Shown: one piece after another, positions 1 through 9,444 of the stretch
Layout: every line of letters begins with the position of its first letter
Position numbering within the stretch: position 1 is the stretch's first letter
The notes under the pieces: model-generated
Databases searched by the model: none
Told to the model about the DNA's origin: nothing
The model's input: only the letters and a program-made list of their open reading frames with translations
Source: Nitrospirota bacterium
GTDB lineage: Bacteria > Nitrospirota > Nitrospiria > Nitrospirales > Nitrospiraceae
DNA: 64,000 nucleotides
Assembly: GCA_963701855.1 (NCBI GenBank)
Contig: CAVPBK010000006.1
Location: forward strand, 608,001 to 672,000
Reading direction: 5' to 3'
Position numbers and translations under genes: made by a program

Positions 1-125
1 TGGCGAAATACAAGATGCACTACGACTGCAGCAAGGCGATCCGAGAACTCGGCATCCCGCACACGCCGCCGGAAGTAGCACTTGAGAAAGCCGTGCGTTG
101 GTTCAGAGATCACAAGTATGTGTGA
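1..125 (+). CDS. 3' end of NAD-dependent epimerase/dehydratase (HpnA-like), partial
   Basis: Frame 3 reads AKYKMHYDCSKAIRELGIPHTPPEVALEKAVRWFRDHKYV, TGA at 123-125; typical C-terminus of the hopanoid-associated sugar epimerase family. Confidence 0.7.
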   Translation, partial: AKYKMHYDCSKAIRELGIPHTPPEVALEKAVRWFRDHKYV

Positions 126-155
126 AGGTTCAACCGTGAATCCTGTAACGTTAAC

Positions 156-178
156 CTCAGCACTCAGCACTCAGCACT
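156..178. repeat. heptamer tandem repeat (CTCAGCA)x3
   Basis: Read directly; the same unit recurs at ~22117-22138 and ~34316-34330. Confidence 0.9.
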
Positions 179-179
179 G

Positions 180-989
180 ATGGAACTCATCGAGCTCTTC
201 TTCAAGACCATCCTCTTCCGCCCTTACGTCTTCGTCTTCCTTGCGGCCTTTTTGTTTGCCGCAATCAAGCTGATCGGCTGGCCGCGAACCTGGCGTTTCT
301 GGCTGATTAGCTGGGCTATGGCCTTCCTCTCCGAGTTTTCGTCCACTCGCATCGGCATTCCCTTCGGGTGGTACCACTACAATGGCTCGACCGTCGGACA
401 GGAACTCTACATCTCCAACATTCCGATCATAGTCCCGACTTCATATAGTTTTCTCCTCTACGCGGCCTACTGCGTGGCCCTCTGTCTTGTTCTTCCAATC
501 AAGACATCCACTGCTTCTACTCCCCCAATACTCAAACCGTTAGATCTTGATGGGGGAGCACGAACGAGTTGGTCCGTGCTCTTGCTGACCGCCTTCTTGT
601 TTGCCTTTATCGACATGGTCATCGATCCTCTGGCCCTCCGCGGCGACCGCTGGTTCCTGGGAAAGATTTACTACTATCTCGACCCAGGCCTTCACTTCGG
701 CGTCCCATTCGCCAACTATGTTGGCTGGGTCGTTGTCGGGCTCCTCTCCCTCGCGATCTATTTCCCGCTCGAGCGACGACTCTCTGCGCTCACATCGCCT
801 CCGTCGGTCACGCCTCAACTTCTATTAGGCGTCGGCCTTTACCATGGCGTCCTAGCCTTCAATCTCAGCGTGACGTTTTGGATCGGTGAATTACTTGTGG
901 GGATGACCGGGCTGCTGATGCATCTCCCCGTCATTGCGCTGCTGATGTTTCGCCTTGCAGGACCACGCGCTGGCCATTCATCGGGATAG
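180..989 (+). CDS. carotenoid biosynthesis protein (CruF/DUF422-like membrane protein)
   Basis: Multi-TM 269 aa; motifs IPFGWYHY, DMVIDP, FGVPFANYVGW. Confidence 0.75.
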   Translation: MELIELFFKTILFRPYVFVFLAAFLFAAIKLIGWPRTWRFWLISWAMAFLSEFSSTRIGIPFGWYHYNGSTVGQELYISNIPIIVPTSYSFLLYAAYCVALCLVLPIKTSTASTPPILKPLDLDGGARTSWSVLLLTAFLFAFIDMVIDPLALRGDRWFLGKIYYYLDPGLHFGVPFANYVGWVVVGLLSLAIYFPLERRLSALTSPPSVTPQLLLGVGLYHGVLAFNLSVTFWIGELLVGMTGLLMHLPVIALLMFRLAGPRAGHSSG

Positions 990-1029
990 CTCGGTGGCAA
1001 TCAGACAGAAGACTTTGTATAGTCATGGG

Positions 1030-1295
1030 AGCCCGCATTATTCACGAGAGTTCGTAACGAAACCGCTGAGACGCTTCGCGAGACGGGCGCGCGGAGGCGC
1101 GAAGGAAGGTGGCATACTTGAAACAGTATGTTGACCGACTGAGCAGCGAGCCCGCCCGCCGTCAGGTGCGTCGCCACCGCGCTTGCGAGGTCGAGCGCCC
1201 TTTGTATGATCCTGGCGAGAAGAAAGAATACCGCAATGAGTTCTGACTTTCGTATCAACGGTTGCAGTAGAACGTCTTCGTGAATAATGCGGGCT
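1030..1295. mobile_element. MITE-like element, family C, copy 1
   Basis: 18-bp terminal inverted repeat AGCCCGCATTATTCACGA...TCGTGAATAATGCGGGCT; related inverted copy at 32483-32866; no transposase. Confidence 0.8.
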
Positions 1296-1302
1296 AGTAG
1301 CC

Positions 1303-1923
1303 ATGCGAACAAAACTGATCGTCTTCATCATCGTGGTGGGCCTCGGAATTGTCGGTGCCTTCGGGTGGGTGGGATATCAATTGTTCACAACCGGCTTTAG
1401 CGCTAAAACCGAGCCGCATGCCCTGGAGATCTTTATCGCGCGGCAAGTCCGCCACCTGGCCATCCCGATCGAACAACGAAACGCGCAGAATCCCATCCCA
1501 TTGAGCTCCGACGTGATCAAAGAGTCGCTGGCACATTTCGCCGACCATTGCGCGCTATGCCATGCCAACGACGGAAGCGGCCAGACGCTCATCGGCAAGA
1601 ACGTCAACCCCAGAGCGCCGGACCTCCGATTACCCGACATCCAATCGATGTCGGATGGCGAGATCTTCTGGGTAATTCACAACGGCATCCGCTTCACCGC
1701 CATGCCGGCCTGGGGAGAGGGTGACCCAGCAGAGGACAAGGGCAGTTGGAAGCTGGTCCACTTCATTCGCCATCTCCCACAATTGACGACGGACGAACTC
1801 AACCAGATGAAGGCCCTCAATCCCAAGACGAAGAAAGACCTGGAAGAAGAAGCCGCCTTCGGAGAATTCCTACAGGGAAACGACGCGGCGGCAGCCAAGA
1901 CCAGTAGCGGCCATCATCACTGA
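1303..1923 (+). CDS. membrane-anchored c-type cytochrome
   Basis: N-terminal TM, CALCH heme motif, GIRFTAMPAW distal Met, C-terminal HHH. Confidence 0.85.
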   Translation: MRTKLIVFIIVVGLGIVGAFGWVGYQLFTTGFSAKTEPHALEIFIARQVRHLAIPIEQRNAQNPIPLSSDVIKESLAHFADHCALCHANDGSGQTLIGKNVNPRAPDLRLPDIQSMSDGEIFWVIHNGIRFTAMPAWGEGDPAEDKGSWKLVHFIRHLPQLTTDELNQMKALNPKTKKDLEEEAAFGEFLQGNDAAAAKTSSGHHH

Positions 1924-1957
1924 CTTTACTCGACGATACAGGAAAGAGGATTCACCC

Positions 1958-2320
1958 ATGTGGTTACGCTTGACTGTCACGCTCACATGTCTCGTCATTT
2001 CGACGCCAAGCTTTGCCCATAGCGCGGATCAACATGTGCTCGGCACGATTATGGCCATCGACACAACCCATGTCGAAATCAAAACGACCAAGGGCCAGTC
2101 AGTGGACGTGCGGCTCAACAAAAAGACCCAGTACAAGGATGAGCACAATCCGAAAGGCGCCGGCGTGCCCGAGGTGGGCGATCGTGTCGTCATTAAGGCC
2201 GAAAAGGGCGAAAAAAAAGGCGATAAAATATTGCTCGCCACCGAAATCCATTTTTCCTCAGCCAAACGTGTACTGACCCCCATGCCCATGCCACCGGTTC
2301 CGGCCCAACCGGTTCAGTAG
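1958..2320 (+). CDS. exported small beta/OB-fold-like protein (DUF5666-like)
   Basis: Signal peptide ending SFA-H; HVLGTI...VGDRVVI...ATEI pattern; RBS GAGGA. Confidence 0.6.
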   Translation: MWLRLTVTLTCLVISTPSFAHSADQHVLGTIMAIDTTHVEIKTTKGQSVDVRLNKKTQYKDEHNPKGAGVPEVGDRVVIKAEKGEKKGDKILLATEIHFSSAKRVLTPMPMPPVPAQPVQ

Positions 2321-2359
2321 GATGATCGATGCCGATGCTTCACGCATCACGGAATCTCA

Positions 2360-2788
2360 ATGCACACATTTTTTAGCGGCGGATTTCGCGCGGCGGTCAT
2401 TCGAGTCCTGATCACAGGCATCGCGGTATTTCTGGCGGTCATGATCGTCCCAGGCCTTGAAGTCGACTCGTTCGGCGCGGGACTCGCCGCGGTATTGGTG
2501 CTCACGCTTCTGAACCTCTTGGTCCGGCCCATTCTCTTGATGGTGACCCTTCCCTTGATCGTCCTCTCGTTGGGGCTTTTTCTCATCGTCGTCAACGCGC
2601 TTCTTCTGGAACTCACCGCATACCTGGTCGGAGGATTCTCGGTGACCGGGTTTTGGCCGGCGGTCGGCGGCGCGATCGTGATTAGTGTGGTCACCATGAT
2701 CCTCAACACATGGACCTCTGAGCAGCGCCCGACGGAACGTCGCTCGTTCCCCCAACGCCCTCCGAAGATCATCAATCCCGACGAATAA
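2360..2788 (+). CDS. 4-TMS phage-holin-family membrane protein (YvlD/DUF360-like)
   Basis: LNLLVRPILLMVTLPL...LGLFLIVVNA...GFSVTGFWPA signature. Confidence 0.8.
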   Translation: MHTFFSGGFRAAVIRVLITGIAVFLAVMIVPGLEVDSFGAGLAAVLVLTLLNLLVRPILLMVTLPLIVLSLGLFLIVVNALLLELTAYLVGGFSVTGFWPAVGGAIVISVVTMILNTWTSEQRPTERRSFPQRPPKIINPDE

Positions 2789-2799
2789 CAGGACTCAAT

Positions 2800-3004
2800 C
2801 AGGCTGCTGAAAAAGCCCGCCAGCTGCGTTCTCCCCTCGAAAGCATCCTCAACGTAGCCAGGAGGCTACGCCTCCGGTGCTTTCATCGGCTGCGGCCTTG
2901 TTGGACGGACTTTTTGAGCAGCCTGCGGGAATGTATTCCAGTTGTGCCACACGTGCAGCTCCTCGATGATCTCATATGCCAACATGACTTCCCGCAGCCT
3001 GCTA
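2800..3004. mobile_element. MITE-like element, family A (core 2800-2925 plus extension ending CAGCCTGCTA)
   Basis: CAGGCTGCTGAAAAAG...CTTTTTGAGCAGCCTG; about ten related copies in the window. Confidence 0.8.
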
Positions 3005-3070
3005 TTCCTTTTCATTGAATTGCTGGTTCTGCATTGTTACAATGCCCGCGCGTAGCTAGCTAACCCACGA

Positions 3071-4891
3071 ATGATACCCACAGCTCCACAGAGCAAACCA
3101 ATTCCTGAGACGCATCTCCAGCGGACCTTGACAGCCGTGCTCAATGAGCTGCCGGTCGACGCGGCGCTTGCCGCCGTGTTCCACCGTGACCAAGGCCCGC
3201 TGGTTAGCCATGCCGCACGTGGCTTCACACCTCGTGACATTCAAGCCATACTCAGAACACTTTCGGCGCCCGCCATCGCTGCATCGGCCCCTGCGAACGA
3301 TCAGGACGGCGGGCGCACCATTCGCCTTCGCTTGATTACGCCGGGCACGAAGTCGTTGCTCGGGGTTTCCCTCCTGCATCGGAACCGGACATACGGCTTC
3401 CTCGTCATCGGACGTAAAGAGAGCGCCACGTTCGCGAAAAAAGAGAAGAGTTTGATGGAGCAGGCCAGCGACGAGGTCACAAAAGCGCTGGATCGCGAAG
3501 GTCTGTTCGATATGAACGTCCTGCTCAGCCGCCCGTTTGTCACGCACGAGCCGGTCCCTTCCCCGCCCTCTCCGGCGGAGCTGTTCACGGCTCCGGCGTC
3601 GCAGCTCACACCGGAACTCCAAGACAAGATTATTGCCGTGTTGACAGATGCCAACCAATACGTCGCCTACGATCGCATCTGGGCCTGCCGCTACGATCCC
3701 CTCGCGGGCAATGTCGAAGTCCTGGGACTGGCCGGCGATCTCAAGAGCGAACAGAAGGATGGAAAAAAGGATCTAAAGCCGGGCCACCGCCTCACGCTCG
3801 ATAGCTCAGCTTCCGGATGGGCAGTTCGCCATCGTAAGCCACGCGTGGATCATGATCTTGCCTCCACACAGGGACGATTCCTCGATCATAAATATCTGTT
3901 CAAGGACCGGCTTCTTTCTTCGCTCGTCGTGCCGTTCTTTGTCCGGGGACAGGTAGGCGGGACCATTACCCTGGCATCAAAAGAGTCCGGGCGCTACCAA
4001 CAGACGGATGCCCGCACGCTTGAACCAACAATTGTGAAAATCGCGGACATTCTCCAGGCTCCGGCACTGGCGCCGACCAGCCAGACCCCCGCCACTGGAC
4101 CAGCAGGCGTCCCTGGGGCAGCCATAGCCCCCGGTCCCTCGGAACCCATCATCAGGAAACAAGAACGGCAAGCCGCAATCGGCGAGTTCAGCATGTTCCT
4201 GGCCACAGAAGTACGTGAGCCGCTCGCTTCGATCCGCGCCCAATTGGAAGAAGTCACGGGTGAAGGTATTCTCGATTTCGACCCGCAAACGCGTGTCGAG
4301 AACGCGATGCGTGATTTGATCCGTATAGAAGCCATCCTGAACGAGATTTTGGATTTTGCAAAACCGCTCGAACTGACACGGCGGCTTCTCCGCATCCCCG
4401 AAGTGATCGAGAGCGCGCTCACACTGATCACGACCGACCTCGAAGTCACCCGGATACAGGTGACCAAGGACTATGCGACGATGATCGCGCCGGTTCGCGG
4501 CGACGAAGCCAAGCTCCAGCAAGTCTTTCTCAGTATTTTTAAGAACGCCTGTGAAGCGATGAACCCCGGTGGGCATCTCCACATTCAAGTCACCCAGCAT
4601 CGCGCTGGGCGCGGCGTGGAAGATCAGATCCTCATCAAGAACGACGGGGCTCCTATTCCAGCAGAAATCGTCGATAAGGTGTTTGAGCCGTTTTTCACCA
4701 CGAAGCGAACCGGCATCGGTCTGGGCCTTGCTACGGTCAAGAAAATCGTCGAAGAGCACGGCGGCTCGATTGCGATCGGCAGCGCGCCAGGCGAAGGAAC
4801 CACCGTCACCATCCGCCTCCCCGGTCTCAGCCATGGCCCGTCCTATCGCGGACGCGGGCGCCGCCGTCCACCCGCACGCCGCCAGGCCTGA
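3071..4891 (+). CDS. GAF-GAF sensor histidine kinase-like protein (H-box His replaced by Thr)
   Basis: Two GAF-like regions, LATEVREPL H-box, KNACEAM N-box, FEPFFTTK, GIGLGL. Confidence 0.8.
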   Translation: MIPTAPQSKPIPETHLQRTLTAVLNELPVDAALAAVFHRDQGPLVSHAARGFTPRDIQAILRTLSAPAIAASAPANDQDGGRTIRLRLITPGTKSLLGVSLLHRNRTYGFLVIGRKESATFAKKEKSLMEQASDEVTKALDREGLFDMNVLLSRPFVTHEPVPSPPSPAELFTAPASQLTPELQDKIIAVLTDANQYVAYDRIWACRYDPLAGNVEVLGLAGDLKSEQKDGKKDLKPGHRLTLDSSASGWAVRHRKPRVDHDLASTQGRFLDHKYLFKDRLLSSLVVPFFVRGQVGGTITLASKESGRYQQTDARTLEPTIVKIADILQAPALAPTSQTPATGPAGVPGAAIAPGPSEPIIRKQERQAAIGEFSMFLATEVREPLASIRAQLEEVTGEGILDFDPQTRVENAMRDLIRIEAILNEILDFAKPLELTRRLLRIPEVIESALTLITTDLEVTRIQVTKDYATMIAPVRGDEAKLQQVFLSIFKNACEAMNPGGHLHIQVTQHRAGRGVEDQILIKNDGAPIPAEIVDKVFEPFFTTKRTGIGLGLATVKKIVEEHGGSIAIGSAPGEGTTVTIRLPGLSHGPSYRGRGRRRPPARRQA

Positions 4892-5349
4892 TATTTCGTT
4901 TCCATCGGTTCCCTACTCTGATACTCACGACACCTACTAGCTTCTCACAAGAACGGCCCCTTCACCGCTTTGAAACTAAGGGATTTGATCTGGTCGCCTT
5001 GCCGTGCGACCAGCGGTTTAGGAATGGAAGCAAGACATTTTTGAAAGGGCTCGGTGTTTCAATGGTTTCCCCTTTTTTTATTTGAATACCGTGGCTTGAT
5101 AACTTTCTAGCGACTCTATTGATTGCAATAGTTTTCATTCATCAAACAGCTTTTAGCACAAAATTAACACAAGCTTTTGGGGTAAACCCCTCCGGTGAGA
5201 CATGAGAATAACGCACACATGGTGATTTCGCTTCCTGATCGGCTCCCCAAAGATAGAACGGCGCACGGGAACGCAGTTCGGTTTCAATGGCCTTGATGCC
5301 TTGGCATGGGATTTCCGTTCACATTGATATGCAAGCCTGTCGCATGATA

Positions 5350-5377
5350 TAGACTGAAACGTCATAAAACCTATAAT
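5350..5377 (+). promoter_or_regulatory. candidate sigma70 promoter for the leader-ilvA transcript
   Basis: TAGACT-N16-TATAAT, about 15 nt upstream of the leader ATG. Confidence 0.5.
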
Positions 5378-5392
5378 GGTCCACGTCAAAGA

Positions 5393-5461
5393 ATGACTCT
5401 CAATCTGCAGAGCGTCGGGATTACCATGGTGGCGGCGATTATTATCGCCAACACTGCCTGA
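5393..5461 (+). CDS. putative attenuator leader peptide MTLNLQSVGITMVAAIIIANTA
   Basis: 22 codons with an Ile-Ile-Ile run (4 Ile, 3 Thr, 2 Val), followed by a terminator and then threonine dehydratase. Confidence 0.7.
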   Translation: MTLNLQSVGITMVAAIIIANTA

Positions 5462-5502
5462 GCCTAACTGCGATCGAGAGCTTCATCTACGCGAGCAAAA
5501 GG

Positions 5503-5539
5503 CCCCTGGCGGATTCGGTTCCGCCAGGGGTTTTTATTT
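5503..5539 (+). terminator. intrinsic terminator (attenuator) upstream of ilvA
   Basis: Perfect 11-bp stem CCCCTGGCGGA/TCCGCCAGGGG followed by TTTTTATTT. Confidence 0.85.
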
Positions 5540-5597
5540 CTGAGGATCAATGTAATGCCTTACCGAAACCGGACGGAAAAAGGGAGGAAAGCTGTGC

Positions 5598-6806
5598 ATG
5601 CTGAGTCTTGAACATATCGAAGCGGCAGCCGACCGCATTAGGCCCGAGATCTATCAGTCTCCACTCGTGCACTCACAAACCCTGTCTCTCCTGACTGGGA
5701 ATTCGATCTATCTCAAGCTTGAAAACTTGCAGATGACGGGGTCGTTTAAGGAGCGTGGGGCCTTGAATCGAATCCTAACGATGACTGATCACGAACGGCG
5801 ACAGGGAGTTATTGCGGCCTCGGCTGGAAATCATGGACAAGGGTTGGCGTATCATGCTGCCAAGCATGACATTCCGGTCCAGATCTGGATGCCGCGCTCG
5901 ACGCCGCTCATCAAGCTTTCTGCCACCCGTGCATACGGTGCAGACGTCATCCTGTATGGCGATAGTTACGATGAGGCCTGTGTGGCGGCTGTCGAGCGGA
6001 GTGTCCAGAAGAATGCCACATTTGTCCATCCCTTCGACGACGATGAAGTAATTGCCGGTCAAGGAACCCTCGGCTTAGAAATCCTAATGCAGAACTCGGC
6101 GTTGGATGTGATCATCGTACCCATTGGTGGGGGCGGGCTTATCGGCGGTATCGGGTGCGCAGTGAAATCGCGGAACCCGCAGGTTGAGGTGGTTGGAGTT
6201 CAAACGTCCCGATTGCCATCAATGAAAGCCGCTCTGGAACACCAGGCACCAGTCAATCTGCCTGTACAATCGACACTGGCTGACGGAATCGCCGTTCGCC
6301 AGGCGGGATCGCGAACCCTTCCACTGGTCCAGAAATATGTCGATCAGATCGTGACCGTCGATGAAGATGAAATCGCAGCGGCGATCCTGATGCTCCTAGA
6401 GAACGAGAAGACCTTGGCAGAAGGGGCCGGTGCCGTTGCGCTTGCGGCGGTGCTACAGGCAAGAACAGGCCATCGCGGCATGAAGATCGCGGTGCTGGTG
6501 TCCGGGGGCAATCTCGACGTGAATCTTCTGGCGAGAATTATTGAGCAGGGCATGGTTCGGGATGGGAGGCGGCTGCGTCTGCGAGTGCGTTTGCCGGATT
6601 ATCCAGGGGCATTGGAAGGATTGACAGCTCTGATCGCAAAGGCCCGCGCCAACATCGTGGAGACATCCTATAACCGTGCGCACTATGGCGTGGGTCTGAA
6701 CGAAGCCGCCATCGACATCACTATGGAAACCCGCGGACGTGATCACGCCTCGGAACTGTTGGCAGCGATCACAGACTCGCACTATCAATTCAGTCTCGTC
6801 GAATGA
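5598..6806 (+). CDS. ilvA: threonine ammonia-lyase with C-terminal ACT domain
   Basis: LKLENLQMTGSFKERG PLP-lysine motif, SAGNH, PIGGGGLIGG, SGGN, DYPGAL ACT domain; RBS AGGGAGG. Confidence 0.9.
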   Translation: MLSLEHIEAAADRIRPEIYQSPLVHSQTLSLLTGNSIYLKLENLQMTGSFKERGALNRILTMTDHERRQGVIAASAGNHGQGLAYHAAKHDIPVQIWMPRSTPLIKLSATRAYGADVILYGDSYDEACVAAVERSVQKNATFVHPFDDDEVIAGQGTLGLEILMQNSALDVIIVPIGGGGLIGGIGCAVKSRNPQVEVVGVQTSRLPSMKAALEHQAPVNLPVQSTLADGIAVRQAGSRTLPLVQKYVDQIVTVDEDEIAAAILMLLENEKTLAEGAGAVALAAVLQARTGHRGMKIAVLVSGGNLDVNLLARIIEQGMVRDGRRLRLRVRLPDYPGALEGLTALIAKARANIVETSYNRAHYGVGLNEAAIDITMETRGRDHASELLAAITDSHYQFSLVE

Positions 6807-6889
6807 GCAGTGGGCTGGAACCCTTACAATTGGCACACGCACACTCTTTTGAGATGAACTCCTCCGTTGAGACAGATCTAATTCCCTTC

Positions 6890-7798
6890 TTATTCAGGAG
6901 GCAAATTCATCCGTTTGATCCTTCGTTGCTCAAGTGCTTCGGTAAACTGCTTTCCTCTAGTTAGACCTTCCGGCGAGATGTCTTTCGAGGTGATTTTTTG
7001 ATATTCTTCCTGACTATCTTCCACCAATTGCTCATAGGAGTACTGCTTGACGACTGCTCGTCGAGTTATACAACCGAGCAGCGAGAGACACTCCTCTGAT
7101 TCAGGTGGTCGAGCAACCTTATAGGTTCTTGCCATTATCCACAGACACACGTCTACGACTTGCAATCCAACCGATACGTGAGATGACACTAGCTCAATTG
7201 GACACCCAAAGGTCTTAACCTTTTCAACAAGCAAGGAGTCTCGTGGCATTGTGACTCCATGCAGAACTTTAAAGGTTTCAGCAATTGCGCGACCGAATTG
7301 TTTCTGCACATCGTGATAGAAACGCACCACCTCGACTCCCAATGGCTTTATAAGATCGTGGAGCCCATCAATTAGACTGATGAAAGCTTGGATATTCGGA
7401 GAATCTAACCCATAGGTATCATCTTCCTTAGGTAATTTTGGCCTCAGCACCACTGCGGGGTTTCTCATTGCCCATGAGATGGCATCGAGCAATAGCTCCT
7501 TTCCTCTTGGGTCAGTCATTTGCTCGGATATCCGGAGCTGCAGGGTTTCGAGCACTTCACAAAACACCTTATGGTTCCCATTCACATAGGCGTTCCAAAA
7601 CTTTTTCTTGTCACTTCGGAGCAGGGATGCAACCAATGGGAGTGTGAGCATCCTGCGAAATGGAAATAGAAGATCATGAGATGGCGATACAGCCTGATTG
7701 TAATCACTATCCAGCAACATCTCTGCCAGTCGGATGGCAGCTCTGTGGGCCTTTTCAGTTATAGTAAAAAGAAACCGTTTCCACGGCCCTCCTCCAGC
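6890..7798 (-). pseudogene. 5'-truncated DUF3800-like protein
   Basis: C-terminal GLQVVDVCLW resembles the DUF3800 LQLAD motif; frame open only to ~7798 and lacks the N-terminal DESG motif; IS3 relic immediately upstream. Confidence 0.55.
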
Positions 7799-7844
7799 CT
7801 ACCCAGACTCACTCAGGCCAAGTCCAGCCAAGAGTTAAGAGAAA

Positions 7845-8039
7845 AGCGAACTTTGGCTGAAGTGGGCTGGAATGAGTTGGAGTTGAGCACAAAATGAGCA
7901 CAGCACAATCGGATCCCCGATCTGGACCCATTGCGAGCCTTGCGACTTGAGCTTCCAAGGGGACTAGTCGCGTGAATCACACGGATTGAGAACGTTCCAG
8001 ACTTCATCGAACCTGGTCCCAGTTAAGGGGAGCAGGTCA
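7845..8039 (+). mobile_element. degenerate IS3-family 3' end with terminal IR
   Basis: CTGGTCCCAGTTAAGGGGAGCAGGTCA (8013-8039) resembles an IS3/IS407-type right end; decayed RTLAEV...W coding remnant upstream. Confidence 0.5.
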
Positions 8040-8126
8040 CTCGCTGTATTTCATGGGGGCAATTCGATCGGAGATTTACGGATCGATGGATCTGGGGGAA
8101 TACGTGGCTTGGGCGTTAGGTGGGGA

Positions 8127-8573
8127 TCAATTAATTATGGGGCGGAGACCAAGTAGCCGCTTGCTCACGCATTGGCACATGCAGAGGTCGAGAGTCGCCT
8201 TTTCAAGTGGTACTTTTTCGAGAGGTACCTCAGTCTTCGAATACCGAGCACTCTTCATCCACATGGTGGTGCAAATATAGCCCCTTCCAGCGCAGGCCTG
8301 GCCTGGATTCGCGCACACGTTGCTCTTGGGTGCCATGCAGTGCGCACCCTCTGGTGCTTCCGAGAACTGTGGCTGTAGTGATTGGACCGCATGTGTAGGA
8401 GCACGACTTCCTTCGGCGACTTGAATGGACTCGCAACCGGCGGCTTGTGCGCAATCTTGGATCAGTAGGGGTGAAGAGCCTTGTATAAAAAGAAATAGGG
8501 AAATGGAAGGGAGAATGGTCGCCCCAATAGCCAATTGGGGCATTAGCCGATTGAGATGCATTATCCCCTCCAA
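8127..8573 (-). CDS. putative secreted cysteine-rich protein
   Basis: Hydrophobic N-terminus, 9 Cys including CMCQC, VPLEK duplication; start uncertain. Confidence 0.45.
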   Translation of the reverse strand: MEGIMHLNRLMPQLAIGATILPSISLFLFIQGSSPLLIQDCAQAAGCESIQVAEGSRAPTHAVQSLQPQFSEAPEGAHCMAPKSNVCANPGQACAGRGYICTTMWMKSARYSKTEVPLEKVPLEKATLDLCMCQCVSKRLLGLRPIIN

Positions 8574-8723
8574 TTGGAAAGAGTCATGGCGTCATGGTTG
8601 TTATTCCTGAAATGCTGCCATCTGCTGTTCCAGCCAATGAGAATTGGCACATCATAGTTACACCTAATTCTCATAATATAGCAACTCAGCTTAAATCAAC
8701 CGGGATTCGGTTCCAACAGGGAG

Positions 8724-8916
8724 TGTCAATTTCTGACCAGCCGAGGGAGGATTGCACCATCTACCATGCTAGTTCTCACCTCGCAAGTTGGACGGCTTCG
8801 GGAGCGCGTGGCTGGCCCCTGAGACTGCTGTGAGGACGGATCGTGTGGCAGTGAATTCTCCAGCGTTCGATGATGATTGGAGGCTTCTTTCAGCGTGTAG
8901 AACAGTTCCCCGCCTA
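8724..8916 (-). mobile_element. IS3-family transposase C-terminal remnant
   Basis: Minus strand reads GELFYTLKEA/(frameshift)IIIERWRIHCHTIRPHSSLRGQPRAPEA*, the typical IS3 OrfB tail. Confidence 0.75.
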
Positions 8917-9148
8917 GAACTCGAACCTGTGGACTCTAACTGTTTATTCCGTCATCCCAAAAATCGAAGGTTGGCAAAACATTTGCCTGATAAGACTAAC
9001 CGTCTGGGGGCATGCCAAAATCGCTGTGAAGAACGAGCCACTATCCTTTGGATTCAGTTGAAGATCAATGGGAGCTGTCAAAGGGGTCAAAAACAACTGG
9101 TTTTGAACCAGGCCTTCATCACATGGCCCCTGCTCAGCACATTCACGG

Positions 9149-9364
9149 CTAGAAACGAGTGGCCATTTTCTCCGCCAGCGGATGCAACCGTTCGATCACG
9201 ACCATAATCTTGCTGGCTCTTCGCAATCACCTCGACTCCGGCGATAGCCGTCGCTTTACTGACCTGCATGTCGTATTGAACGCGTGCTGCGCGAGGTTCG
9301 CGGGTGGCACCATGGTCGAGCAAGTAATCGGCCCAAAGGTCTTCACGTCGACCTTAATCCCCAT
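9149..9364 (-). pseudogene. frameshifted, 5'-truncated hypothetical protein
   Basis: MGIKVDVKTFGPITCSTMVPPANLAQHAFNTTC / VSKATAIAGVEVIAKSQQD / MVVIERLHPLAEKMATRF* joined through two frameshifts. Confidence 0.5.
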
Positions 9365-9444
9365 TCTGCTTGACCCTTTCGATGCCTCCCTTCTCTGTGC
9401 CGCTGGAGCGATGGTGCTTTCCGGGCCGCACATGTGTGACCAAG

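Noticed and set aside
1001..1331. ORFs of ~100 aa within family C, and similar ORFs across family A/B repeats
   Set aside because: GC-rich repeat sequence stays open by chance; no transposase motifs, and frames differ between copies
2360..2788. Holin as evidence of a prophage
   Set aside because: This family is commonly chromosomal; no other phage genes nearby
5116..5145. Palindromes CTATTG..CAATAG and TTGAT..ATCAA as regulator sites
   Set aside because: Spacing does not fit FNR and no cognate regulator or target can be assigned
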